NCBI GenBank assembly: GCA_963796105.1
Contig: CAWCKJ010000003.1
Span: 224,001 to 288,000 of the forward strand
Direction: 5' to 3'
DNA length: 64,000 bases
Origin: a candidate division FCPU426 bacterium
GTDB taxonomy: Bacteria > Oederibacteriota > Muellerivitia > Muellerivitales > Muellerivitaceae
A model generated the notes under the pieces. It was not told where the DNA came from, did no database searches, and was given only the letters and a program-made list of their open reading frames with translations. Positions 49,864 to 60,001 of this stretch are shown piece by piece (position 1 is the first letter of the stretch; the number at the start of each line of letters is the position of its first letter). The translations under genes were made by a program, and so were the position numbers.

Positions 49864-50808
49864 ATGATTGAAGTCAAAGATTTAGTGAAAATGTACGGTA
49901 ATTTGGCGGCGGTGGATCATGTTTCCTTTACCGTGCCGAAAGGTACGATCCTGGGCCTTTTGGGCCCTAACGGCGCCGGCAAAACAACAACGATGAGGGT
50001 TCTAACCACCTCGCTTCCCCTGAACGCGGGAAGCGTGACAGTCGCCGGTTATGACGTCGTGGAAGCCCCGCAGGAAGTGCGTAAACACATAGGTTATCTA
50101 CCTGAAGTTCCTCCCCTTTACGCCGATATGACCGTCGTTTCATATTTAAAATTCGTCTCTTCCATAAAGGAAATACCAGCGAAGAAAAGAGCCGACAGAA
50201 TCGGCGAAATCATGGAAATGCTCTCCCTCACGGACGTAAGCCGCAGAATGATTGGTCATTTATCCCTTGGTTACCGGCAAAGGGTGGGACTTGCCCAGGC
50301 CCTGATTCACGACCCGGATGTGTTGATCCTGGACGAACCCACGAGAGGGTTGGATCCCAAGCAGATTCAGGAAATTCGCAAGCTCATCAAATCCTTGAGC
50401 GGCCAAAAAACCATTATCCTCTCCACCCACATTCTGCCTGAGGTTTCGACAACCTGTGATGACGTCGTGATCATTGACCAGGGCCGGGTGGTAGCGGCTG
50501 ACTCGGTTGAAAACCTATCCCAGCGGATGGCCGGGGGAAATCTTCTGGAGGTAGAGATTAAGGGCGTCTCCGCTGATGTTGAAAAAGCATTTGGGAAAAT
50601 CGAGGGCATTACCGCAATCAAGTCGCTCGGGAAGGAAACCAAGGGAGTCTGCAAGTTTCAGATTACCACGGATGGTACCAACGATACCCGCGAGGCCCTT
50701 TTCCAATCCGTGGTTAAGAACAAATGGATTCTTTATCAACTCACCCCCGTCGGAATGAGCCTTGAAGACGTGTTTTTGAAACTGACCACGAAGGAAAGCG
50801 CCGCATGA
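49864..50808 (+). CDS. ABC transporter ATP-binding protein (GldA-like)
   Basis: GPNGAGKTT, LS.GYRQRVGLAQA, LDEPT, STH. Confidence 0.95.
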   Translation: MIEVKDLVKMYGNLAAVDHVSFTVPKGTILGLLGPNGAGKTTTMRVLTTSLPLNAGSVTVAGYDVVEAPQEVRKHIGYLPEVPPLYADMTVVSYLKFVSSIKEIPAKKRADRIGEIMEMLSLTDVSRRMIGHLSLGYRQRVGLAQALIHDPDVLILDEPTRGLDPKQIQEIRKLIKSLSGQKTIILSTHILPEVSTTCDDVVIIDQGRVVAADSVENLSQRMAGGNLLEVEIKGVSADVEKAFGKIEGITAIKSLGKETKGVCKFQITTDGTNDTREALFQSVVKNKWILYQLTPVGMSLEDVFLKLTTKESAA

Positions 50809-51518
50809 ACCTCGAAAAAATAATGGCGATCGTCCGCAAGGACTTGTCTTATTATTTTGTGTCTCCCATTGGCTACATTGTCCTGGCGATGTATTACTTC
50901 GTCACCGGGTTTTTCTTTTGGCTCATCGCAGCTGGAAGCAAAAGCGCCAATATGGCGCCCGTCTTCCAAAACTCGACCGTTATTTTCCTTTTTCTCACTC
51001 CCATTGTTACCATGCGCTTGTGGTCCGAGGAGGAGAAAACGGGAACCTCCGAGCTATTGCGCACCTCACCGCTGTCTCTATGGGAAATTGTTTTGGGGAA
51101 ATATTTTGCGGCCATTTGTTTTTTCCTGGTCATGCTGGCTGTGAACCTGGTTTACTTGTTGATCATGGCAGTGAACGGGAACCCTGATCCCGGCCCCACC
51201 TTTTGCGATTTCTTCGGGTACACCTTGGCGGGAATGGCTTTTTTCTCGCTGGGCCTTCTTGCCTCGACCCTAAGCGAAAACCAAATTGTCTCCGCGGTCA
51301 TTACCTTTGGAACCCTCTTGATGTTGTACGTGATAGGCGCGGCCAGCAACAATGTTCCTGACGCGTTGGGGGCCATCTTCAAGTATATTTCCATATTCGA
51401 GCACTTGAATGATTTCTTCATCGGAGTCATTGATCTGAATCATGTCATTTACTTCCTAAGCGTTACTTTCCTCGGCCTTTTCTTATCGGTGAAGGTCATG
51501 GAAAGCAAGAGGAGTTGA
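50805..51518 (+). CDS. ABC-2 permease (GldF-like)
   Basis: 'YFVSPIGY', 'TMRLWSEE.K.GT.ELL.TSP....IVLGK', six TMs. Confidence 0.9.
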   Translation: MNLEKIMAIVRKDLSYYFVSPIGYIVLAMYYFVTGFFFWLIAAGSKSANMAPVFQNSTVIFLFLTPIVTMRLWSEEEKTGTSELLRTSPLSLWEIVLGKYFAAICFFLVMLAVNLVYLLIMAVNGNPDPGPTFCDFFGYTLAGMAFFSLGLLASTLSENQIVSAVITFGTLLMLYVIGAASNNVPDALGAIFKYISIFEHLNDFFIGVIDLNHVIYFLSVTFLGLFLSVKVMESKRS

Positions 51519-53146
51519 AATTGGACTTTAAAGTGGTGATGAGCCAAATTCGGGAAAAGAATCAATATGTTGTTTGGAGTGGGCTTGGTTTGGTTTTAGC
51601 CGGTATTTTTGCCATGCTCATCATGAACACGACCAATTGGTGGAATCTCCTTATTTTGATAATCGGCATCCTTGCGCTGGGTTGCTTTGTCGCTGTCAAT
51701 CTCGCCGAAGTTAGGGAAGTGGGAAAAAAGCACTCCACCCAAGTGAAAGCCAATCTGGTAATGGTGGCTATAGCCATGTTGGGCGTCATAGTCGCCATTA
51801 ATTATATTTTTTCACGGCATCCGGTTCGATTCGACCTAACCGCAAACAAGCTTTACACTCTTTCGGATCAGACAACCGACATTCTTCATAAACTCGGACA
51901 GGACGTTAATGTCACATTTTTCAGTTCCGCCAAAAGATCCTCCGCGGAAGTCCAGAAAGCGCAACAACTTCTGGAAGAATACTCTAAAAACAGCACCAAG
52001 TTTCATTTCAAGGTCATTGATGTGGACAAAAGCCCAACCGAGGCAAAGCGCCTGAGCATTCATGAATACAACACAGTGGTTTTTGAAAGCGGCGACAATC
52101 GAAAAGACGTCCTTCAGCGGGACTATGTGACTTACGCCTTGCAGGGACGGCAGCCCATGCCTAAGTTTCAAGGAGAGGGCGCCTTCACCGCCGCGCTCAT
52201 CAAGATGACCAGCACTACCCATCTGACTTTTTATTTCACCGAGGGACATGGGGAAAGGGATTTAAACAGTCCCGAACCGGACGGTTTGAATACTTTCAAG
52301 GATATGCTGGATAAGGAAAATTATGCCGTCAAATCCTTGAATCTCTTGACGTCTGGGAAAATGCCAACCGACGCGGCTGTTTTGGCTATCGTCGGACCCA
52401 CCAAGCCCTTTCAGCCCTCAGAAGTATCGCTCATTGAGGATTATTTGAAAACCGGTGGTAAGGTCATTGCTTGCTTGGATCCGATCATTAAATCCGGCAT
52501 GTTGGCGAATACCGGCTTGGACCAGCTCCTGAAGCAGTATGGCGTGAAACTCGGAAACGACTTGGTTTATGACTCCACTAGTTTCGCGTTCCCGGACGTC
52601 CGGGCGGTCATTCCTCAATACGGCGCCTCGCCCATTGTCGAAAAACTCTCCAGCGAGCACATCGCGACAATCATGCCTTTCACCCGAAGCGTCCAAAAAA
52701 TCGATCCTGAGTTAAAGAACGTGAACCAATCGATTTTCATGCAAACCACATCCAACGGCTGGGGAGAAACGAACTTCAAGCTGAAATCCCCGAAATATAA
52801 CCCTGCGGTGGATACCAAACCCCCGGTTCCAATGGCTATGACTTGCGAGGTTTCCCCAGTGGACAATGCCGTGAAGAAGACGCGGTTGGTCGTGTACGGC
52901 AACTCCAATTTCTTCACGAATCAATTCCTCCAGGGCCCTGGCAACCTCGATGTCGGCTTGAACAGTTTCAGCTGGGCCGCGGAGGAAGAGGACAAGGTTA
53001 CGGTTCACCCTAAGGAAGATACCCTCCGCGTGATGAACCTCTCGAATGTCGCGGCTCAGTTCATCAAATATCTGACTGTTATCATTATGCCCGTCGGCGT
53101 CCTCTTTGCCGGCGGCATCATCTGGTACCGCCGCCGCTCCTTATGA
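51515..53146 (+). CDS. GldG-family ABC accessory protein
   Basis: 'RFDLT.NK.YTLS.QT', 'YFTEGHGE', C-terminal TM ending in RRR. Confidence 0.9.
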   Translation: MKLDFKVVMSQIREKNQYVVWSGLGLVLAGIFAMLIMNTTNWWNLLILIIGILALGCFVAVNLAEVREVGKKHSTQVKANLVMVAIAMLGVIVAINYIFSRHPVRFDLTANKLYTLSDQTTDILHKLGQDVNVTFFSSAKRSSAEVQKAQQLLEEYSKNSTKFHFKVIDVDKSPTEAKRLSIHEYNTVVFESGDNRKDVLQRDYVTYALQGRQPMPKFQGEGAFTAALIKMTSTTHLTFYFTEGHGERDLNSPEPDGLNTFKDMLDKENYAVKSLNLLTSGKMPTDAAVLAIVGPTKPFQPSEVSLIEDYLKTGGKVIACLDPIIKSGMLANTGLDQLLKQYGVKLGNDLVYDSTSFAFPDVRAVIPQYGASPIVEKLSSEHIATIMPFTRSVQKIDPELKNVNQSIFMQTTSNGWGETNFKLKSPKYNPAVDTKPPVPMAMTCEVSPVDNAVKKTRLVVYGNSNFFTNQFLQGPGNLDVGLNSFSWAAEEEDKVTVHPKEDTLRVMNLSNVAAQFIKYLTVIIMPVGVLFAGGIIWYRRRSL

Positions 53147-54522
53147 AATCCTTCAGAACGACCCTCATTTTCTTTGGAATCTTGGCCCTTTTGGGTGGAT
53201 ACATCTATTTTTTCGAGAGGGGTCCTGTCAAGAAAGCCGAGGAAAAAAGAGAAAAAGTATTTGAGAATTTCGTGGCCGACGATATCCAGGAAATCCGCGT
53301 GGAAAACCTTGGAAACAGCTTGACTCCCGCCGCTCCCCCTATTGACATAAAAAAAGACGAGAAGGACGTTTGGCAGATTCTTTCCCCGCAAAAATATCAG
53401 GCTGACGAGAACACCCTCCGTGTTTTATTGCAATCGATAGGTGACCTTAATCCTGACGCGGCCATTACCAACATCTCAAACCTGGCTGATTACGGTTTGA
53501 ACAGCCCAACCGCCCGGTGCATTCTCACCGACAAGAAGGGAACATCCCACACCTTGATCGTGGGCGACAAAGGCGTTACAGGTTCTGACACCTATATTAA
53601 GACCTCTGAAAAACCAGCTGTTTACCTAATCCCGGCCTATACCACGGACAATATCAAAAAATCCGTCAACGACTACCGTAACCGGGTTCTTTTCAAAACC
53701 GACCTTGTTGCCGCTCAAAAAGTCGAGGTTGTTTATGGCGACAAGACTTTGGTTCTTGAGAAAGACGCGCAAAACACTTGGAATATTAAATCCCCCATTG
53801 AGGAAAAGGCTGACAGCTCGAAAATCCGCGATCTTTTAAACAGTTTGAACGACATGAAAGTCAATGAGTTCGTGGATGAGCATCCGAAGGACATAAAAAT
53901 ATACGGTTTATCCAAACCGCGTGGAAAAGTCACACTATGGCCTAGTGATAAAGGGTCTCCGAAAACTGTTTTAATAGGCCGTCAGAAACTTAAGACCACA
54001 GATGATTTCGTCAAGATGGAAGGCCAGGATTCGGTTTACCAGGTGGGCGATGCCTTTGTGAAACCCATGGATTTCAAAATCAACAATTTCCGGGATAAAC
54101 TTGTTATGCAATTTGCCGCGGATGTGGCTAAATCCTTGACGATCAAATCCCCACGCACTAATGTCACCTATCAAAAAGACGATAAAGGGATATGGACTTG
54201 TCCGGGACGGGTAAAAGCCCAGGATGAGGCATCCAATCTTATTTCCCAATTGTCTGAAACAGTCATCGTGGATTTCGCCTCCAATACCGTCAATACCGGT
54301 GTCGAGAACCCCTCCTTTGAGGCGAATGTGACTTTGAAGGATGGAACTTCCCGCCTTTACCGTTTCGGCCGGATCGACAATGGCCAGGTTTATCTCGCGT
54401 CCGACAAGAGCAAGGACACCTATCTGGTTTATATCAACCCCGTTTCCCAAATGGAATCCTATTACAACTCCATTTTGACCCCGATTCCGATTGCCTCCCC
54501 GGCGCCTTTGCCGAAAAAATAG
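53143..54522 (+). CDS. DUF4340-domain protein
   Basis: N-terminal TM; repeated 'W.I.SP....AD' and 'YGL..P' modules; usual position after GldG. Confidence 0.85.
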   Translation: MKSFRTTLIFFGILALLGGYIYFFERGPVKKAEEKREKVFENFVADDIQEIRVENLGNSLTPAAPPIDIKKDEKDVWQILSPQKYQADENTLRVLLQSIGDLNPDAAITNISNLADYGLNSPTARCILTDKKGTSHTLIVGDKGVTGSDTYIKTSEKPAVYLIPAYTTDNIKKSVNDYRNRVLFKTDLVAAQKVEVVYGDKTLVLEKDAQNTWNIKSPIEEKADSSKIRDLLNSLNDMKVNEFVDEHPKDIKIYGLSKPRGKVTLWPSDKGSPKTVLIGRQKLKTTDDFVKMEGQDSVYQVGDAFVKPMDFKINNFRDKLVMQFAADVAKSLTIKSPRTNVTYQKDDKGIWTCPGRVKAQDEASNLISQLSETVIVDFASNTVNTGVENPSFEANVTLKDGTSRLYRFGRIDNGQVYLASDKSKDTYLVYINPVSQMESYYNSILTPIPIASPAPLPKK

Positions 54523-54589
54523 AATACTCAAAAGTGCCTTTTTCGGCTTTTTGATCCCAAGAACTTCCTAATTCGATTCTTTGCCTTCG

Positions 54590-54618
54590 TTGACTTTCAA
54601 TTGACTCGGCTCCATAAT
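54590..54618 (+). promoter_or_regulatory. Putative sigma70 promoter of fsa
   Basis: TTGACT, 17-bp spacer, CATAAT. Confidence 0.45.
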
Positions 54619-54667
54619 TCACTCAAACAAGGTTTGACGCGAAAATCAGGCAATTACGGAGGCTGCG

Positions 54668-55327
54668 ATGAAGTTTTTTTTAGACACCGCCAACCTGGAT
54701 GAGATCAAACAGGGAGTGGCATGGGGAATCATCGACGGAGTCACCACCAATCCCTCCCTGGTCGCCAAGGAAGGCGTAGATTTCTTCTCCAGGATCAAGG
54801 AAATCTGCTCCATCGTGAACGGATCGGTTTCGGCCGAGGTCACTGCGACTGATTTTGAGGGCATGGTCCGCGAGGGTCATGTCCTGGCCAAGCTTCATAA
54901 AAACGTGACCATAAAAATTCCCTTGATCCCCGCGGGAATCCAGGCTTGCAAAGCACTCAGTTCCGAGGGGCATGCCGTCAACGTGACTCTTTGCTTTTCC
55001 GCCTCGCAGGCTCTCTTGGCCGCCAAAGCCGGCGCCACCTATGTCAGCCCCTTTGTGGGCCGCTTGGACGACGTTTCTCAGGACGGCATGCAATTGATCC
55101 GGGATATCGTGAAAATTTACGGAAATTACGGCTACAAAACCCAGGTCCTGGCCGCCTCCTTGCGGCATCCCATTCATGTGGTGGATTCCGCGTTGGCGGG
55201 AGCCCATGTCGGCACGATGCCCTTCACCGTCATGAAAATGCTTTTTAACCACCCCTTAACTGATATCGGCCTAAAGCGATTTCTTGAGGATTGGGAAAAA
55301 GTTAAAGATAAAGTGATGAAAAAATAG
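54668..55327 (+). CDS. fsa: Transaldolase / fructose-6-phosphate aldolase family protein
   Basis: [39 protein letters not shown]. Confidence 0.93.
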   Translation: MKFFLDTANLDEIKQGVAWGIIDGVTTNPSLVAKEGVDFFSRIKEICSIVNGSVSAEVTATDFEGMVREGHVLAKLHKNVTIKIPLIPAGIQACKALSSEGHAVNVTLCFSASQALLAAKAGATYVSPFVGRLDDVSQDGMQLIRDIVKIYGNYGYKTQVLAASLRHPIHVVDSALAGAHVGTMPFTVMKMLFNHPLTDIGLKRFLEDWEKVKDKVMKK

Positions 55328-55399
55328 AACCGCCTGCGACCTTCCCCCTTCAAATCCGGAGTGGGGGTGCTCATGTAATTAATTTGGAGAACAGGATCC

Positions 55400-55627
55400 A
55401 TGTCTGAATTGACTTCCTTGGGAAAATGGTTTGTCTTGACCGGCGCAACACTGATAGTTCTTGGCTCTTTCATCCTGATCCCGGGAAAAATACCATTTTT
55501 AGGACGTCTCCCCGGTGATATTCGCGTTGAAAAAGGGAATTTTTCTTTTTATTTTCCAGTCATGACCTGTATTTTGGCTTCCGGGCTGCTTTCCATCATT
55601 CTCCGGTTGGTTTCAAAGCTTAAATGA
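55400..55627 (+). CDS. DUF2905 small membrane protein
   Basis: 'LGRLPGDI......F.FYFP..TCI..S'. Confidence 0.9.
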   Translation: MSELTSLGKWFVLTGATLIVLGSFILIPGKIPFLGRLPGDIRVEKGNFSFYFPVMTCILASGLLSIILRLVSKLK

Positions 55628-55631
55628 TCCC

Positions 55632-56840
55632 ATGGTGAAGCCCCAATCCCCCCCCCTCTCCAGGTTGTTGTATTTTCTTTTTTTAATATTTCTTCTTTCA
55701 GGATGCGCCACGACGCCGATCCCGGTCTATATCCCCCATCAAGAGGCCCTGAGCCCAAGCCTTGAAAAGGAATCCAGGCCCGAGGGCCAACGCATTCGTG
55801 TCGCCATTGCGGTCAAGAAACCCTCCGTGACGTTAAGAGTACCTGAAAGCTATTCCTTGTCAGGTCTTCTTCCCGACGGCAATCAGGAATTCAACGCGGG
55901 GGCAAATCATGTCCGGGAATTCTTCCTAACCCCCGGCCGCCTTTCAAAATCAACGGCGACCATCGAACCTTCTGGAGGCTCCGGCGTGATTTCCCTGGAC
56001 GGGAAAACTTACCGGGGAGCCATGGACATCACTAAGGATTCAGGGGGAACCCTGACGGTCATCAATGACGTGCCCCTGGAGGAATACGTCATGGGTGTCC
56101 TCGCGGGGGAAGTCTCGCCCCAATGGCCCCTTGAGGCCTTGAAGGCGCAGGCCATCGCGGCCCGGACATTCGCCTTATTGAAGAGACAATCCAGAACTAA
56201 GGGGGAGGAATATGATCTTGATAATTCCGAGACTAACCAAATGTACCAAGGCACTGGATTGGTGAACGCGAACATCCAGAGCGCCGTTTTGGAAACCCGC
56301 GGCCAGGTCCTGATTTACAAGAATTCGCCCGTGGAGGCGTTTTTCCATTCCAATTGCGGTGGCCGGACATCCAAGGCCAGCGATGTCTGGGGCCGGGATT
56401 TACCGTACCTCCAGTCGGTCTCCTGTCCCTATTGCCGAAAAGGCCCCCATTTCCGCTGGGCCACCAAGATCCTCATCCAAGACCTTGTCCGGAAACTTCG
56501 GAAATCCGGGCTGGCGGTCGGGGACATCGTTCGTTTGAAAGGCCTGGAACGGGATGAAAGCGAACGCTTCCGCCTTGTTGAGATCATGGACGCCGATGGG
56601 CGCTATAAGACTCTCAAGGCGATTGAATTCCGGAAGGCCGTCGGGTCCGACCTCATCCGAAGCACTGATTTCACCGCCGTCGTGGAAGGAAACGCCGTGG
56701 TCTTTAACGGAAAAGGATGCGGCCACGGAGTCGGACTTTGCCAGGAAGGCGCTTACGGAATGGCCATGAGAGGCTACAACGCCTTTGAAATCCTCCGCCA
56801 TTACTACCGTGGAATCATGATCGAAAAACTGAAGGAATGA
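55632..56840 (+). CDS. SpoIID/LytB-domain lipoprotein (lytic transglycosylase-like)
   Basis: Lipobox LSG-C; 'LEEYV.GV..GE', 'EALKAQAIAART', 'GHGVGLCQ.GA'. Confidence 0.92.
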   Translation: MVKPQSPPLSRLLYFLFLIFLLSGCATTPIPVYIPHQEALSPSLEKESRPEGQRIRVAIAVKKPSVTLRVPESYSLSGLLPDGNQEFNAGANHVREFFLTPGRLSKSTATIEPSGGSGVISLDGKTYRGAMDITKDSGGTLTVINDVPLEEYVMGVLAGEVSPQWPLEALKAQAIAARTFALLKRQSRTKGEEYDLDNSETNQMYQGTGLVNANIQSAVLETRGQVLIYKNSPVEAFFHSNCGGRTSKASDVWGRDLPYLQSVSCPYCRKGPHFRWATKILIQDLVRKLRKSGLAVGDIVRLKGLERDESERFRLVEIMDADGRYKTLKAIEFRKAVGSDLIRSTDFTAVVEGNAVVFNGKGCGHGVGLCQEGAYGMAMRGYNAFEILRHYYRGIMIEKLKE

Positions 56841-56914
56841 CCGAGTAAATTCAAATGCCGGATGGCAAGCGATAAAGTTCAGATGACTTTTCTTTTTTGT
56901 GGAGAAGGCGCGAT

Positions 56915-57952
56915 ATGAAAACGAATCTCTTCAATTACGATTTACCGGCGAAGCTAATTGCCCAACGGCCCCTCGCAAGACGGGATGCCTCCCGCATGCT
57001 GGTCCTGGACCGGAAAACCGGACGAGTGGAACACAGCCTGGTTGGGGAACTGCCGCGCTGGCTCCTGGCTGGGGACCTGATGGTGGTGAATCAATCCAAG
57101 GTGATCCCAGCACGGCTGTTCGCCCGCAAGACCGATACCGGGGCCAGCCTTGAGATATTCCTGCTTCGTCCAGCCTTGCAGGCCTCGGGATGCGAATGGG
57201 AAGTTCTCATCAGCCCCGCGAAACGGATCAAGGGTTTTCCCAATCTCCAGCTATTACCCAAGGGAGAGGCGGCTGTCTTGGAAGCCTTGGGCGATGGGCA
57301 TTATTTGGTTCGATTCCTGAAAACAGGAAACTGGAATAATTTTTTGGGCAGGCACGGGCATATTCCCCTTCCTCCCTACATCAAGAGGAAAGACGATCTC
57401 CTTGACCGGGACAGATACCAGACTCTATTCGCGAAAAAAGAAGGCTCGGTTGCCGCCCCCACTGCCGGCCTTCATTTCACGAAACATTTGTTGGGAGAGC
57501 TTAAAAAAAGAGGCGTCCGTCAATCCCAGGTATTGCTTCACGTGGGCCTTGGCACTTTCCTTCCTGTTTCCTCAGAGGATATCGAGGGTCATGTCATGCA
57601 TCCGGAAAGATATGAGATTTCGGCTCAAACCGTCTCGAAAATCCGCGATACCCGGCGCCGCGGGGGACGTGTCGTCGCGATCGGTACCACCGTCGTGCGG
57701 GCCCTGGAATCCTCCGCCGGGGAATGTGGAATTCCTGTTGTGTCAACGGATGAAACCCGCTTGTTCATCAATCCGGGCTATATCTTTAAAACCGCTGATA
57801 TCCTTTTCACCAATTTCCACCAACCCAAATCCACACTTCTCATGCTTGTTTGCGCCTTTGCAGGAAGGGAGAGGGTTTTAGCAGCTTATGAGGAAGCCAT
57901 TCAGGAAGGGTACCGGTTTTTATCCTACGGCGACGCCATGTTGATTTTGTAA
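56915..57952 (+). CDS. queA: S-adenosylmethionine:tRNA ribosyltransferase-isomerase
   Basis: LP..LIAQ.P, PLPPYI, YQT, AAPTAGLHF, LHVG.GTF, TNFH.P.STL, YRF.SYGDAM. Confidence 0.97.
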   Translation: MKTNLFNYDLPAKLIAQRPLARRDASRMLVLDRKTGRVEHSLVGELPRWLLAGDLMVVNQSKVIPARLFARKTDTGASLEIFLLRPALQASGCEWEVLISPAKRIKGFPNLQLLPKGEAAVLEALGDGHYLVRFLKTGNWNNFLGRHGHIPLPPYIKRKDDLLDRDRYQTLFAKKEGSVAAPTAGLHFTKHLLGELKKRGVRQSQVLLHVGLGTFLPVSSEDIEGHVMHPERYEISAQTVSKIRDTRRRGGRVVAIGTTVVRALESSAGECGIPVVSTDETRLFINPGYIFKTADILFTNFHQPKSTLLMLVCAFAGRERVLAAYEEAIQEGYRFLSYGDAMLIL

Positions 57953-58222
57953 TGAAGGCTGAAATTATCCCCTTGTGTCGTCTTATTATTTCCTGTTCAA
58001 AATCCCGAGTTCATCGGAAAGCACCTTTTACTTTTCAAAAATACTTCCTTAAACCCAACCTTAATAAAACAAATAAATCTTTACAATTAAGAGGGCTACT
58101 TTTAAACTTTTAGGGCTTTTCTCCTGGAATTTGGAGAAGACGCCTTTTCTTGAAGAATTGGTCATTTCAGAATTGAAACATGGTTTTCTGACCCCCGAAT
58201 AATTGACGGTGCGAAGGAAAAT

Positions 58223-58300
58223 GGTGGGAGTAGCTCAATTGGTTAGAGCACCAGATTGTGGATCTGGGGGTTGCGGGTTCGATTCCCGTCTCTCACCCCA
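58223..58300 (+). tRNA. tRNA-His(GTG), including G-1
   Basis: Anticodon arm CCAGA-TT-GTG-GA-TCTGG; C discriminator; encoded CCA. Confidence 0.95.
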
Positions 58301-58407
58301 TTTCACGTTTCGAGTCGTAATTCCGATGGAAAAGCGGGTTTACCACTGACCTTGGGAATATCGTGTAAAGTCGAACCGGAAAATCCGTTGAATTGGAATC
58401 AGAGGAT

Positions 58408-58484
58408 GCGCCTGTAGCTCAGTTGGATAGAGCGACAGATTCCGGATCTGTAGGTCAGAGGTTCGAGCCCTCTCAGGCGTACCA
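58408..58484 (+). tRNA. tRNA-Arg(CCG)
   Basis: Anticodon arm ACAGA-TT-CCG-GA-TCTGT; encoded CCA. Confidence 0.95.
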
Positions 58485-58605
58485 TTTTTTTCGTTTTGAT
58501 AAGATGGTTAAAAATGCGGGATTTAAGGCCTTTTCAAAACCCTGTTTATTACCAAACATAAAGCGATCCTAACGATGAACTTTTGATGAAAGCTTTTCTT
58601 TCAGT

Positions 58606-58681
<76 letters not shown>

Positions 58682-58776
58682 TCATTTTAGAAGTTTGGTC
58701 AATAGAAGTTTCCGAATTTTTTTCGGCAATAAAGAGGATTAGGTAACTCGGGGATCCTTCGAAGGAAATTCCAAGC

Positions 58777-59973
58777 ATGGCTCAAGTCACTAACAACACT
58801 CCCTCGAAAAATCCCTATGTTTCCATAATCATTCCCGTCCTCAATTCTGCTCGAACCTTAAATGAGACCTTCCTCTCTTTATTCGGAGGGACGGCCATGA
58901 ACGGCAATGAAATATCCGGTATCCAATATCCCCAGGATCGGCTTGAAGTGGTGGTAGCGGATGGGGATAGTGCCGACGACACACTCGTGATTATTGAGAG
59001 TTGGCAAAAAAAATTTCCCTGCGTTCAATCCGTCCATGTACCCAATTTGAAAACCCCAGGTCAGGCTCGAAACGCCGCCTTGACTCTGGCGAGGGGTGAA
59101 ATCATCGTTTTCACGGATGGCGATTGCGCGCCCCATTCCGACTGGCTGGAAAAAATCATTCAACCCTTCTTGAATGATCCTGAAATAGGCATGGTGGGGG
59201 GAGAGGTGGAAACCTTTTCTTTTGATCCCAAAAATAAAGTTGAGCAATATTGCCAACAGATCGGATTTCTTTCAGTCGGGGACAGGGTCTCCATGAAAAA
59301 CGGCGGTTACTACCCCCCCGCCAAAAAACGCTATCCCCGCGAGGTCAATGGCAGTCCGACTTGCCCCTTTTTCTCCACATCCAACGCAGCGGTCAGCAAA
59401 AAAGCGGCCCAAGCTGTCGGCAATCATTTTTGGAGTGAAATGACAGGGGAGGACTTGGACTTTTCCCTCCGGATTTCCAATGCCGGGTACAAGTTGTTCT
59501 TTCGGCCATCCGCTGTGGTCAAACACCTTCACCGGACTAGTTTAAGGCAGTTATGCAGGCGGGTTTCCGCCGATGGCGCCTGTCATTCCTTGGCTCTCAA
59601 GACCCATGCCAGGAGAGTCCTGGAATTTCGTCTTCAGTTATGGGGAGAGTATTCGCTGGTCATCCCATTTCCCATCCAATCCATGATTTATTGGGGTGAT
59701 TTCCATTTTATGCACTTATTCGGCCTTTGGGCCTTGTTCAAAACCCTTATAACCTTGCATTCCGGGATAGTCTGGGAGAAGGATGTGCTTCTTTTATGGG
59801 GCATTTTCTTTTTTTTCTTTTTGAAATATTTCATTCCAGTCCTTAAAATTCAGCCCGCCTCTAATTTCCCGCTTTGGGCCTGGATTCGTTACCGCACCAA
59901 CCTGGCCTTGCTCCTAGGGGGCCTAAAAGGAAGCCTGAAGTACAAAAGGCTTAACATAGAATTGAGCTGGTAA
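58777..59973 (+). CDS. GT2-family glycosyltransferase with C-terminal TMs
   Basis: 'VSIIIPVLN', 'ARN', 'FTDGDC', 'GEDLDF'. Confidence 0.9.
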   Translation: MAQVTNNTPSKNPYVSIIIPVLNSARTLNETFLSLFGGTAMNGNEISGIQYPQDRLEVVVADGDSADDTLVIIESWQKKFPCVQSVHVPNLKTPGQARNAALTLARGEIIVFTDGDCAPHSDWLEKIIQPFLNDPEIGMVGGEVETFSFDPKNKVEQYCQQIGFLSVGDRVSMKNGGYYPPAKKRYPREVNGSPTCPFFSTSNAAVSKKAAQAVGNHFWSEMTGEDLDFSLRISNAGYKLFFRPSAVVKHLHRTSLRQLCRRVSADGACHSLALKTHARRVLEFRLQLWGEYSLVIPFPIQSMIYWGDFHFMHLFGLWALFKTLITLHSGIVWEKDVLLLWGIFFFFFLKYFIPVLKIQPASNFPLWAWIRYRTNLALLLGGLKGSLKYKRLNIELSW

Positions 59974-60001
59974 AACTTTATAAAACATGAAAAGAGGATC
60001 C

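Noticed and set aside
49864..54522. Gliding motility inferred from the GldA/F/G-like operon
   Set aside because: This ABC plus DUF4340 operon is common in non-gliding bacteria and no motor genes are present.
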